Assembly (NCBI GenBank): GCA_947632115.1
Contig: CANROB010000001.1
Span: forward strand, 26,161-90,160
Reading direction: 5' to 3'
DNA: 64,000 nt
DNA from: an uncultured Bacilli bacterium
GTDB lineage: Bacteria; Bacillota_I; Bacilli_A; RF39; UBA660
Positions 45,156 to 53,956 of this stretch are shown here, in pieces; position 1 is the first letter of the stretch, and every line of letters starts with the position of its first letter. Both the position numbers and the translations under genes were made by a program. The notes under the pieces are model-generated. The model saw only the letters and a list, made by a program, of their open reading frames with translations. It ran no database searches and was not told the DNA's origin.

Positions 45156-47969
45156 ATGTATTATGATTTTAAAAAAATAGAAGCAAAATGGCAAAACTAT
45201 TGGGATGAACATCATACGTTTGAAGCCGTTACGGGTAGTGAGAAAAAACCTTACTATGTTTTGGTAGAATTCCCTTATCCATCTGGATCTGGTTTACATG
45301 TAGGTCATGTTCGTAGCTATACTGCGCAAGATGCGATTGCTCGTATGAAAAGAATGCAAGGATATAACGTTCTTTATCCAATGGGATGGGATGCTTTTGG
45401 AGCGCCAGCTGAGCAATACGCTATTCAAAATCACATTCATCCAAAGGATGCCGTTCGTGAAAATATTCAAACATTCAAAGGACAAATGAAATCTCTTGGA
45501 TTCTCTTTTGATTGGAGTCGGGAGTTTTCAACGACTGATCCTGAGTATTATAAATGGACGCAGTGGCAATTCTTACAATTTTATAAACATGGAATGGCCT
45601 ATAAAGATACGGTACCAGTCAATTGGTGCCCCAACTGTAAAACGGTTCTTTCAAATGAAGATGCGGCTGGTGGCGTTTGTGAAAGATGTGGAACGAATGT
45701 TGTTCAAAAAGAAAAATCCCAATGGATGCTTCGGATGTCTGACTATTCTGAGGACTTATTAAAGGGATTAGACGATACGAATTTTGCCGAAAAGGTAAAA
45801 TTAGGTCAAATTAACTGGATTGGTAAATCGATTGGTGCCCATGTTGATTTTAAGATTGAAGGATACGATAAAACATTTACCGTCTTTACGACACGTTGCG
45901 ATACGCTTTTTGGAGCAACTTACTGTGTTTTAGCGCCAGAGCATTCTTATGTGGATGAAATTACAACAGAAGAGCATAAAGAAGAAGTTCGTGCTTATAA
46001 AGAAGCTTGTACCCTTAAAAATGAGATGGAAAGAACAGAACTCAATAAAGAAAAAACAGGAGTATTCACGGGTGCTTATGCTATTAATCCTGTAAATGAC
46101 GAGAGAATTCCTATTTATATTAGTGACTATGTTCTAGCAAGTTATGGAACAGGAGCGATTATGGCTGTTCCTGCTCATGATGATAGAGACTATGAGTTTG
46201 CTAAAAAGTTTGAAATTCCAATTATTCAAGTACTAGAGGAAGTAACAGGTAAGGCTCATGAAAATGAAACCGAAAAGAAAAGTATTGTAGCTATCATCCA
46301 TGATAAAAAAGAGGATAAATATTTAACGATTAATTGGAAAGAAAAGGGTGGACGCTTATTTATTGGCGGAACCATCCAAGAAGGAGAGACTCCTTTAGAA
46401 TGCGCTCTTCGCGAGATTAAGGAAGAAACGGGTTATACTGACTTAGAGTTTATCTATGAAGGATTTAAGATTAACCATCATTACTATGCTTATAATAAGG
46501 ATAAATATTTTAATATTGAAGCAACTCCATTCTTATTTGAGTTAAAAAGTGATACCAAAGTAGAACAGATGTTAAATGACGATGAGGTCTTTGATGTAGA
46601 ATGGGTTAGTAAAGAGGTTATCATGAAAGAAATACAAGATGAATTACATGCAAAAAGTTATGAGTATGTAACGAATCCTGGTGCGATGACAGGAGATGGA
46701 ACCCATACAAATTCTAGTTTCTTGAATGGATTAGATAAAGAAGAAGCTATCAATAAAATGATTGCTTGGTTAGAAGAGCATCATTGTGGAACGAAAAAGA
46801 TTAACTATAAGATGAGAGACTGGATTTTCTCTCGTCAAAGATTCTGGGGAGAACCTATTCCAATGATTCATTGTGAAAAATGTGGTTGGGTTCCTATGAA
46901 AGAAGAGGATTTACCACTTCTTCTTCCTGATGTTGCGGAATATGAACCTACCGATAATGGAGAAAGTCCACTTGCGAAAATTACCGATTGGGTGAATACG
47001 ACTTGTCCAAATTGTGGGGGGACAGCAACAAGAGAGACCGATACCATGCCAAACTGGGCTGGATCTAGTTGGTATTTCCTACGCTTTATGGATGCTCATA
47101 ATGATAAAGAATTTGCTTCTTTAGACGCGATGAAGTATTGGAACCGAGTAGATTGGTATAATGGTGGTATGGAACATACCGCTCGTCACTTACTCTATGC
47201 TCGTTTCTGGGTACAGTTCTTATATAATATTGGTCTTGTTCCTAATAAAGAAATGATTTGGACGCGTGTTAGTCATGGTATGATTTTAGGATCTAATGGC
47301 GAGAAGATGAGTAAGTCAAAGGGAAATGTTATTAATCCAGATGATATTGTAAAAGAAATGGGAGCAGATGCTCTTCGTACGTATGAAATGTTTATTGGTG
47401 ACTATGAAAAGGATGCATCTTGGTCCACGAATGGTTTAAAAGGATGTAAGAAATTCCTTGACCGTATTTGGAGATTACAAGAAAAGTTAAACGATAAAGA
47501 AGGTTATACGGAAGAGACCCTTATTCATCAAACGATTCGAAAAGTTACGAATGACCTTACTAGTATGAAATATAATACAGCTGTCTCTGCTTTGATGATT
47601 CTTTTAAATGAATTAGAGAAAAAAGATTCTATTACCAAACAGGATTTGCGTACTTTCATTCATCTTTTAAATCCGATTGCGCCTCATATTACAGAGGAGA
47701 TAAACGAAGTAAGTGGTTTAGGAGAGATGCTTGCTAGTTCTCCATGGCCAACTTATGATGAAGCGAAAACGGTAGAAGAGTCTTACGAATTAGTAGTTCA
47801 AGTAAACGGAAAAGTAAGAGGAAAAATGACAGTATCTACAGATGCGACGGAGGAAGAGATGAAAGAACTTGCGCAATCTATTGATAATGTAAAAAATTAC
47901 TTAGATGGTCATGAAATTGTTAAAATGGTTGTTATTCCTAAAAAATTAGTAAATATTGTCATTCGCTAA
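45156..47969 (+). CDS. leuS: Leucyl-tRNA synthetase carrying an inserted complete Nudix hydrolase domain.
   Basis: N-terminus MYYDFKKIEAKWQNYWDEH, with HVGH and KMSKS motifs. An insertion of about 135 aa (nt about 46231-46690) contains a perfect Nudix box GGTIQEGETPLECALREIKEETGY (Gx5Ex7REUxEExGU). The start at 45156 has an AAGGAGG RBS. Confidence 0.85.
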   Translation: MYYDFKKIEAKWQNYWDEHHTFEAVTGSEKKPYYVLVEFPYPSGSGLHVGHVRSYTAQDAIARMKRMQGYNVLYPMGWDAFGAPAEQYAIQNHIHPKDAVRENIQTFKGQMKSLGFSFDWSREFSTTDPEYYKWTQWQFLQFYKHGMAYKDTVPVNWCPNCKTVLSNEDAAGGVCERCGTNVVQKEKSQWMLRMSDYSEDLLKGLDDTNFAEKVKLGQINWIGKSIGAHVDFKIEGYDKTFTVFTTRCDTLFGATYCVLAPEHSYVDEITTEEHKEEVRAYKEACTLKNEMERTELNKEKTGVFTGAYAINPVNDERIPIYISDYVLASYGTGAIMAVPAHDDRDYEFAKKFEIPIIQVLEEVTGKAHENETEKKSIVAIIHDKKEDKYLTINWKEKGGRLFIGGTIQEGETPLECALREIKEETGYTDLEFIYEGFKINHHYYAYNKDKYFNIEATPFLFELKSDTKVEQMLNDDEVFDVEWVSKEVIMKEIQDELHAKSYEYVTNPGAMTGDGTHTNSSFLNGLDKEEAINKMIAWLEEHHCGTKKINYKMRDWIFSRQRFWGEPIPMIHCEKCGWVPMKEEDLPLLLPDVAEYEPTDNGESPLAKITDWVNTTCPNCGGTATRETDTMPNWAGSSWYFLRFMDAHNDKEFASLDAMKYWNRVDWYNGGMEHTARHLLYARFWVQFLYNIGLVPNKEMIWTRVSHGMILGSNGEKMSKSKGNVINPDDIVKEMGADALRTYEMFIGDYEKDASWSTNGLKGCKKFLDRIWRLQEKLNDKEGYTEETLIHQTIRKVTNDLTSMKYNTAVSALMILLNELEKKDSITKQDLRTFIHLLNPIAPHITEEINEVSGLGEMLASSPWPTYDEAKTVEESYELVVQVNGKVRGKMTVSTDATEEEMKELAQSIDNVKNYLDGHEIVKMVVIPKKLVNIVIR

Positions 47970-48043
47970 AAAAAGAAGAGAATTCTTCTTTTTTTAATTA
48001 CTTTTTCCCCATTTTATGGTATGATTATGGTAGGTGATGATAG

Positions 48044-48637
48044 ATGAAGAAGCATGAAAAAGAAAAAGTAATCGAGAAAAAAGAAAAGAAAATGGAAAAA
48101 AGAAAACCGGAAGCAGTAGCGGTAGAGGATAGTCCTATTCGGGAGAAGATGCTATTATTTCGAAAAAATTCCAAGATATTATGGGATTATCTTTTAAAGA
48201 AAGTAAAGGATTATCGTTATGTCATTGGAGTAGATGTTGTTGTCTTCGCCCTTCTTTTCTTCTTAATTCCAACTGTTATTTTAAAAGTAAAACCAGTTAT
48301 CTGGATGATAGCTTTTATTATTTTTGCTATGTTACCAACCATTGCTGTATATTGGTTTCATAAATTTAGAGAAAAACAAATTTTATTTAGTTTCTTCTTT
48401 ATCTATTTTTTGATTTTTCTTGTTTTAGATAGATGTACGGCTATTGATTTATATGGAATTACCTCTCTTGGAGAATTAGATTATACAAAACCATGGTTAG
48501 ATGCTATTTTTGTTACCTGTATCATTGTTTTCTTTCAATATGTTGGTATCTTGCTAGTAAATTTTCTTCAAGGAAGTAAAAAGAAAAAGAAGAAAAAGTT
48601 AAAAAAAGTGATAAAATCAAAAGAAGTAGAAGCGTAA
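48044..48637 (+). CDS. Hypothetical membrane protein with a basic N-terminus and a lysine-rich C-terminus.
   Basis: 4-5 TM helices. No family motif. Confidence 0.4.
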   Translation: MKKHEKEKVIEKKEKKMEKRKPEAVAVEDSPIREKMLLFRKNSKILWDYLLKKVKDYRYVIGVDVVVFALLFFLIPTVILKVKPVIWMIAFIIFAMLPTIAVYWFHKFREKQILFSFFFIYFLIFLVLDRCTAIDLYGITSLGELDYTKPWLDAIFVTCIIVFFQYVGILLVNFLQGSKKKKKKKLKKVIKSKEVEA

Positions 48638-48691
48638 AAAAAGGAAATAGATAAAAAAACAATAATGATTTAATAGAGGAGGAAAAAATCT

Positions 48692-50047
48692 ATGAAAAAA
48701 TTATTGTTATTATGTTATCTATTTCTTTTTTTTGTGGAGCCAGTACTGGCGAATGATAGTTTACAATTTTATTTCACGAGTGAATCCGTAAGTGATATGT
48801 GGATTACTAGAATAGAAGGGGATACGACAATGTCGGATCATCCCTATATTTTAAGACGAAAAAGTGATAAAAGTTATGTGTACTGTCTAGAACCGATTGT
48901 CATGTTAAATCAAACAGAGGATTATAAAGCTTATTTTCAAAATGAAAAAGTTTTAAACTTAACCGATGAACAATGGCAAAGAATTTCGGAACTTGCCTAT
49001 TTTGGCTATCAGTATCCTGGCCATGAAGATAAAAAATGGTATGGGATTACCCAATTTATGATTTGGAAGACAGTTGCCCCTAATATGAATATGTATTTTT
49101 CAAGTAAGAAAAATGGTAAGAAAGTAAATCGTTATGATGCAGAAATCTCTGAGATAGAATCTTACTTAAAGGATTATCATGAATTAAAGAGTCTAGATAA
49201 GGAAAAGCTAGTTTTTAAAAATCAGGAGGCTTGGGAAAACTATTTTAAAGAGAATTCTTTTCTTAAAGTGTTAAAGAAAACAAGAACGAATTCTTATCAT
49301 TATGAACTACCTAAAAATGCAATTGCTTTTGGGGCGGATATTGTGTATTACCATAAGAATGGACAAAATGTCTATCATCCAGGAGAATTAAATCCGGTAG
49401 GAATTAGTTTTGAGGTAGAGTTTTTAAAAGGTAGAATTCATCTGCAGAAGAAAGTAGAAGATAGTTCTTTTATATCTAATCAAAATAGTTTAGAGAATGC
49501 AGAATATGGCATTTATCAAAATGGTGTTTTAATAGAAACTCTAGTTACGGATAGTGAGGGAAAAGCAACCAGTAGTCCTTTGGAATATGGCTCTTATACT
49601 ATCAAGGAATTAAAATCTCCTAAAGGGTTTCTTTTAGATAGTGAGGAACATACTATTTTTCTAGATCAAGAAGATTATCCTTTAGAAGTAACAGAAAAGC
49701 AAATAGAAAAGGAGATTCAAATTCAAAAGTGGTATGGTAGTGGGACATATCGAGCAGAAGCAAATGCTACTTTTGAAATTTATCAAGGGGAAACCTTAGT
49801 ACTTACTGTAAAAACGGATGATATGGGAATTGCTAATTTTAAGTTACCTTATGGGGACTATCGTATTCATCAAGTAACAGGGAAAAAGGGATATGAAAAA
49901 ATTAAGGACTATTTTTTTACGGTAGATGATTCTTTTGAAAAGACGATAGAACTTTTTAATAAAGAAATCATTGAAGAAGTACCAGATACAGGGCTTTATT
50001 CTTGGTATCATCCTTTTTTCTTAGGAGGGATTCGTAATGATTCCTAA
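48692..50047 (+). CDS. Sortase-anchored surface adhesin with an N-terminal thioester domain (TED) and CnaB/SpaA-type stalk domains.
   Basis: Signal peptide MKKLLLLCYLFLFFVEPVLA. The TED motifs are YVYCLEP (Cys) and GITQFMIWK (TQxxIW). CnaB-like segments such as YGSYTIKELKSPKGF are present. The C-terminal sorting signal is VPDTG plus the hydrophobic LYSWYHPFFLGG plus IRNDS. Confidence 0.65.
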   Translation: MKKLLLLCYLFLFFVEPVLANDSLQFYFTSESVSDMWITRIEGDTTMSDHPYILRRKSDKSYVYCLEPIVMLNQTEDYKAYFQNEKVLNLTDEQWQRISELAYFGYQYPGHEDKKWYGITQFMIWKTVAPNMNMYFSSKKNGKKVNRYDAEISEIESYLKDYHELKSLDKEKLVFKNQEAWENYFKENSFLKVLKKTRTNSYHYELPKNAIAFGADIVYYHKNGQNVYHPGELNPVGISFEVEFLKGRIHLQKKVEDSSFISNQNSLENAEYGIYQNGVLIETLVTDSEGKATSSPLEYGSYTIKELKSPKGFLLDSEEHTIFLDQEDYPLEVTEKQIEKEIQIQKWYGSGTYRAEANATFEIYQGETLVLTVKTDDMGIANFKLPYGDYRIHQVTGKKGYEKIKDYFFTVDDSFEKTIELFNKEIIEEVPDTGLYSWYHPFFLGGIRNDS

Positions 50048-50546
50048 GATAACTTTTATTTTTTCTACCCTAACGTCTCTTTTAATTCCCATCATTCATC
50101 AACAAGTACTTCCTTTTCCTATCCCTGATTTTCAATATGCTGAAAAAGAAATAAAACCTTCCTATGCCGTTTTATCTATTCCTGCTATTCAATTAGAAAA
50201 AGAACTTTATGATGTAAAAGATGAACGAAATGATTTGGATAAAAATATCATTTTCTTACCTTCTACTAAAACGCCAGAAGAAGAGGGTGGAAATGTTATT
50301 TTAGCGGGACATAGTGGATTCGGAAAAACGGCTTATTTTAAAAATTTATATCAATTAAAAATAGGAGACCAAATCCTTCTTACGTTCTTAGGAAAGCAAT
50401 ATGTTTATTTCGTTTCTCGTACTTATTCTGTGGATAAAACAGGGAAGGTAGAAGTAATAAGAGACCCTAATAAGAAGACTATTACGTTAATTACTTGCGC
50501 TGGAACAAAGAAACAATTTGTGGTTATAGGGGAACAAAAAAAGTAG
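50037..50546 (+). CDS. Sortase (small, class B/C-like) dedicated to the upstream adhesin.
   Basis: The His motif is LAGHSG and the catalytic motif is TLITCAGT (TLxTC). It overlaps the adhesin gene by 11 nt. Confidence 0.7.
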   Translation: MIPKITFIFSTLTSLLIPIIHQQVLPFPIPDFQYAEKEIKPSYAVLSIPAIQLEKELYDVKDERNDLDKNIIFLPSTKTPEEEGGNVILAGHSGFGKTAYFKNLYQLKIGDQILLTFLGKQYVYFVSRTYSVDKTGKVEVIRDPNKKTITLITCAGTKKQFVVIGEQKK

Positions 50547-50553
50547 CTTGAAG

Positions 50554-52224
50554 CTACTTTTTTATGTCCATAATGACTGGTAAAATAATAGGATTTCTTC
50601 CTGTTTTTTCATAGATGTAAGTTGATAATTGGGCACTAATTTCGGTTTTGACCTCAGTATAGTTGATATGACTACCAAGTTTAGATTGAATCGCTTTTGT
50701 ACTAATCGTTTCTAATTCTTTGATTAAATCTAAATTTTCTTGAATGAGTACAAAACCTCTTGTGGTAATATTAGGACTACCTAACAATTGATTTTTATTG
50801 GTATCGATATTTGCGATAACAACAACAATACCATCACTAGACATAATTTTTCTATCTTTCATGACAGCAGAACCGATTTCACCAATTCGATTACCATCGA
50901 TATAAACATCACCTGCTGGAACAGTGCCTTCTTTTTTGACAGTCCCTTTATACATGGAAAGAACATCCCCGTTACTTAGAACAAACGTATTTTCTTTAGG
51001 AATATCACATTCAATCGCTAAATCAGCATGTGTTTTTAACATTCGATATTCGCCGTGGAATGGCATGAAATACTTAGGTTTAAAAAGACGAATCATTAGT
51101 TTTAATTCCTCTTGATTTCCATGCCCAGAAGTATGCACTTCACTAAGGGAAGTATTGGTACAAACTTTGACTCCTTGCAAGTAAAGTTTATTAATAATTT
51201 TAGAAATACTTAGGGCGTTTCCGGGAATGGCAGAGGAACTAAGAATGACAAGATCATCTGGTTGTAATTTGATTTGTCTATGGCTTCCGTTTGCAATTCT
51301 AGATAGTGCAGCAAGTGGTTCTCCTTGCGTTCCTGTACAAAGAAGACACACCTTACTTGGTTCTAACTCATTTGCCTCTTCCGGTGTGACAAAAATTTCT
51401 CGGTGAAGGATATATCCCTCGTTTAGGGAAATTTCAATGTTATTTTCCATACTACGGCCGAAGATAGCAATCTTTCTTCCGTTTCTTTTACAAGTATCGA
51501 CAATATGTTTTAACCGATAAATATTTGATGCAAAGGTAGCAATAATAATTCTTCCGTGATGCTCTAAGAAAATTTCTGATAAGGCTTCATCTACTTTCGA
51601 TTCAGAAGCACTAAATCCCTCATTTAAGGCGTTGGTACTATCACTTAGTAATAAAGTCACTCCTTTAGAGCCAATCATTGCCATTTTTTGTAAATTAGCC
51701 ATTGGTCCAATAGGAGTTAAGTCGAACTTAAAATCTCCAGTTGTGACAATTGTACCGTTTGGAGTAGTAATAAAAATTCCGTGAGAATCTGGGATAGAGT
51801 GAGTGGTCCTAAAAAATTCCACTGTCATCGTTTTTAATCTAACTTTTGTTTTTTCCGTATATACAAATAAATGATCATAATGGATATCTCTATCTTCTAG
51901 TTTTTTACGAATTAAACCAGCCGCTTGTTTTGGTGCGTAAATAGCTGGAATTTCTACTGTTTGAAGTAAATAAGGAATACCGCCAATGTGATCTTCGTGC
52001 CCGTGTGTAATAAAAAGTGCTTTAATCTTTTTTTCATTTTTCTTTAAAAATGTAAAATCTGGAATAATATAATCTATTCCAGGTAACTCGTTAGAAGGGA
52101 AAGTAATACCGACATCGGTAATGATAATCTCACTACCTGTCATAACGCAGTACATATTTTTTCCTACTTCGCCGAGTCCACCTAATGCGAAGATTTTGGT
52201 ATCTCCGCCATTTAAAAGTTTCAA
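50554..52224 (-). CDS. rnj: Ribonuclease J (metallo-beta-lactamase/beta-CASP family).
   Basis: HGHEDHIGG is the MBL motif. Length is 556 aa. The N-terminus is KIFALGGLGEVGKNMY. Confidence 0.85.
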   Translation of the reverse strand: MKLLNGGDTKIFALGGLGEVGKNMYCVMTGSEIIITDVGITFPSNELPGIDYIIPDFTFLKKNEKKIKALFITHGHEDHIGGIPYLLQTVEIPAIYAPKQAAGLIRKKLEDRDIHYDHLFVYTEKTKVRLKTMTVEFFRTTHSIPDSHGIFITTPNGTIVTTGDFKFDLTPIGPMANLQKMAMIGSKGVTLLLSDSTNALNEGFSASESKVDEALSEIFLEHHGRIIIATFASNIYRLKHIVDTCKRNGRKIAIFGRSMENNIEISLNEGYILHREIFVTPEEANELEPSKVCLLCTGTQGEPLAALSRIANGSHRQIKLQPDDLVILSSSAIPGNALSISKIINKLYLQGVKVCTNTSLSEVHTSGHGNQEELKLMIRLFKPKYFMPFHGEYRMLKTHADLAIECDIPKENTFVLSNGDVLSMYKGTVKKEGTVPAGDVYIDGNRIGEIGSAVMKDRKIMSSDGIVVVIANIDTNKNQLLGSPNITTRGFVLIQENLDLIKELETISTKAIQSKLGSHINYTEVKTEISAQLSTYIYEKTGRNPIILPVIMDIKK

Positions 52225-52409
52225 AGTTTTCTCTCCTTTCTAAAAAATTTTCAAATTCGACTTTACCATTATACCTTTTTTTTAGGTGTTTGTCTACTAT
52301 TTTAAGTTTTCCTTAGACGACTTATTTGGGAAAGAAAAGTTGATTTTTCTTTTCTTTTTGAAGCCATTTGTGATAAAATGGTATTGGAGTATATCAAGGA
52401 GGTTTTTTC

Positions 52410-53384
52410 ATGGGGCTATTTGACAAGTTTAAGAGTATTTTTAGTACGAATAAACAGGAAAAAGAAGAAGTAGAAGTTTATGATAAAGGCTTAGAAAAAA
52501 CGAGAAAAGAGTTTGTTTCGAAAATTAGTCTTTTGAATTCGAAATATAAAAAAGTGAGCCCAGAATATTTTGAAGAATTAGAAGAAATTCTCATTATGGC
52601 AGATATTGGTGTGGATACTGTCATGGAATTTATTGACAGGTTAAAGAAAAGGGTTAAAAAGGAAAATATTGAAAATAGTGAGGATTTAAAAGAAATTATT
52701 GTTGATGAGATGTTTATCATCTATGTAGATAATAGTATCGTAGAGAGTAAAATAAAGTTTGCATCAGAAGGGCCTACCGTTGTTTTATTTGTTGGGGTAA
52801 ATGGTGTCGGAAAAACAACTACGATTGGAAAAATTGCTTATCGCTTACAAGAAGAAGGAAAAAAAGTTCTTTTAATTGCAGGAGATACTTTTAGAGCTGG
52901 TGCGGTAGAACAAATTAAAGAGTGGGGAGAAAGAACTTCTTCTCCTGTTGTTTATAAAGAAAATGCCGATCCTGCTAGTGTCATTTTTGATGGGGTTACA
53001 AGGGCTAAAGAGGAAAACTTTGATGTGGTTTTAATTGATACCGCGGGGCGCCTTCAAAATAAGGCAAATTTGATGAGTGAATTAGAGAAAATGAATAAAG
53101 TAATTGGTCGAATTATTCCTGATGCTCCTCATGAGACACTACTAGTTATGGATGCTACTACTGGTCAAAATGGAATCAGTCAAGCAAAAGAATTTCAAAA
53201 AATTACCAATATTACGGGTATTGTATTAACCAAACTAGATGGAACGGCAAAAGGTGGAATTGTATTAGCTATTAAAGAAGCTTTAGGCATTCCCGTTAAG
53301 TTTGTCGGCATGGGAGAACAAGCTAAAGATTTGCGGACCTTTGATATTGAAAAATATATCTATGGATTATTTAAAGATATGTGA
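52410..53384 (+). CDS. ftsY: Signal recognition particle receptor FtsY.
   Basis: GVNGVGKTTTIGKIA and DTAGRLQNK are SRP GTPase motifs. Length is 324 aa. Confidence 0.9.
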   Translation: MGLFDKFKSIFSTNKQEKEEVEVYDKGLEKTRKEFVSKISLLNSKYKKVSPEYFEELEEILIMADIGVDTVMEFIDRLKKRVKKENIENSEDLKEIIVDEMFIIYVDNSIVESKIKFASEGPTVVLFVGVNGVGKTTTIGKIAYRLQEEGKKVLLIAGDTFRAGAVEQIKEWGERTSSPVVYKENADPASVIFDGVTRAKEENFDVVLIDTAGRLQNKANLMSELEKMNKVIGRIIPDAPHETLLVMDATTGQNGISQAKEFQKITNITGIVLTKLDGTAKGGIVLAIKEALGIPVKFVGMGEQAKDLRTFDIEKYIYGLFKDM

Positions 53385-53392
53385 GGATGATT

Positions 53393-53659
53393 ATGAACGT
53401 AGAAGTAATTGAATTAAAAGGTAAAAAACCACCATTAGCTATTATTTTGCAGTTCGTTTTTGTTCTAGCCGTTTTGGTAACAGGAATCATGGCGTTATTT
53501 GCTAACAAATGGATGTTTCTTCTTTATGCATCACTTACGCTTGCTCTTGTTACGATGGCATGGAATAATTATAAATTAGGAAAGCAAAAATGGATTCCCA
53601 TTTTATATCTAGCTTTTTCTTTGATAACATTTGTTTCTTTCCTTATGGAGTTATTATGA
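53393..53659 (+). CDS. Small (88 aa) membrane protein between ftsY and ylxM.
   Basis: The ATG at 53393 has a GAGGATGA RBS. There are three hydrophobic helices. It shares an ATGA overlap with ylxM. Confidence 0.4.
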   Translation: MNVEVIELKGKKPPLAIILQFVFVLAVLVTGIMALFANKWMFLLYASLTLALVTMAWNNYKLGKQKWIPILYLAFSLITFVSFLMELL

Positions 53660-53943
53660 TAGGGGAAACTGTTTATCTTAGTATTCTTTATGACTATTAT
53701 GGGGAATTACTAACAGTAAAACAAAAAGAAGTGTTTGAAGCTTATTATTTTGATAATTTAACGCTTCAAGAAATTGCTGATGAGTCTCATATTAGTAAGA
53801 ATGCGGTTCATAAGACATTAGTGAATATTGAAGAAAAATTGAAATATTATGAAGAAAAATTAGGGTTTTACCAAAAAACAGAAAAAATAAAAGAATGTAT
53901 AAAAGATGAAAAAATTCTAAAACAGATTTTAGATATTTTATAA
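53656..53943 (+). CDS. ylxM: YlxM/UPF0122 family putative HTH protein, the SRP operon partner.
   Basis: YLSILYDYYGELLTVKQKEVFEAYYFDNLTLQEIADESHISKNAVHKTL matches the YlxM family. Confidence 0.7.
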   Translation: MIGETVYLSILYDYYGELLTVKQKEVFEAYYFDNLTLQEIADESHISKNAVHKTLVNIEEKLKYYEEKLGFYQKTEKIKECIKDEKILKQILDIL

Positions 53944-53956
53944 GAAGGGTGAGAAT

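Noticed and set aside
46231-46690. Intein interpretation of the LeuRS insertion.
   Set aside because: There is no N-terminal Cys/Ser/Thr splice junction, no block B TxxH, and no C-terminal HN plus Cys/Ser/Thr. Instead a canonical Nudix box is present.
53590-53655. Extended 117-aa version of ylxM starting at 53590.
   Set aside because: The upstream 22 codons overlap the preceding small membrane gene and do not match the YlxM family N-terminus. The ATG at 53656 with the ATGA overlap is preferred.
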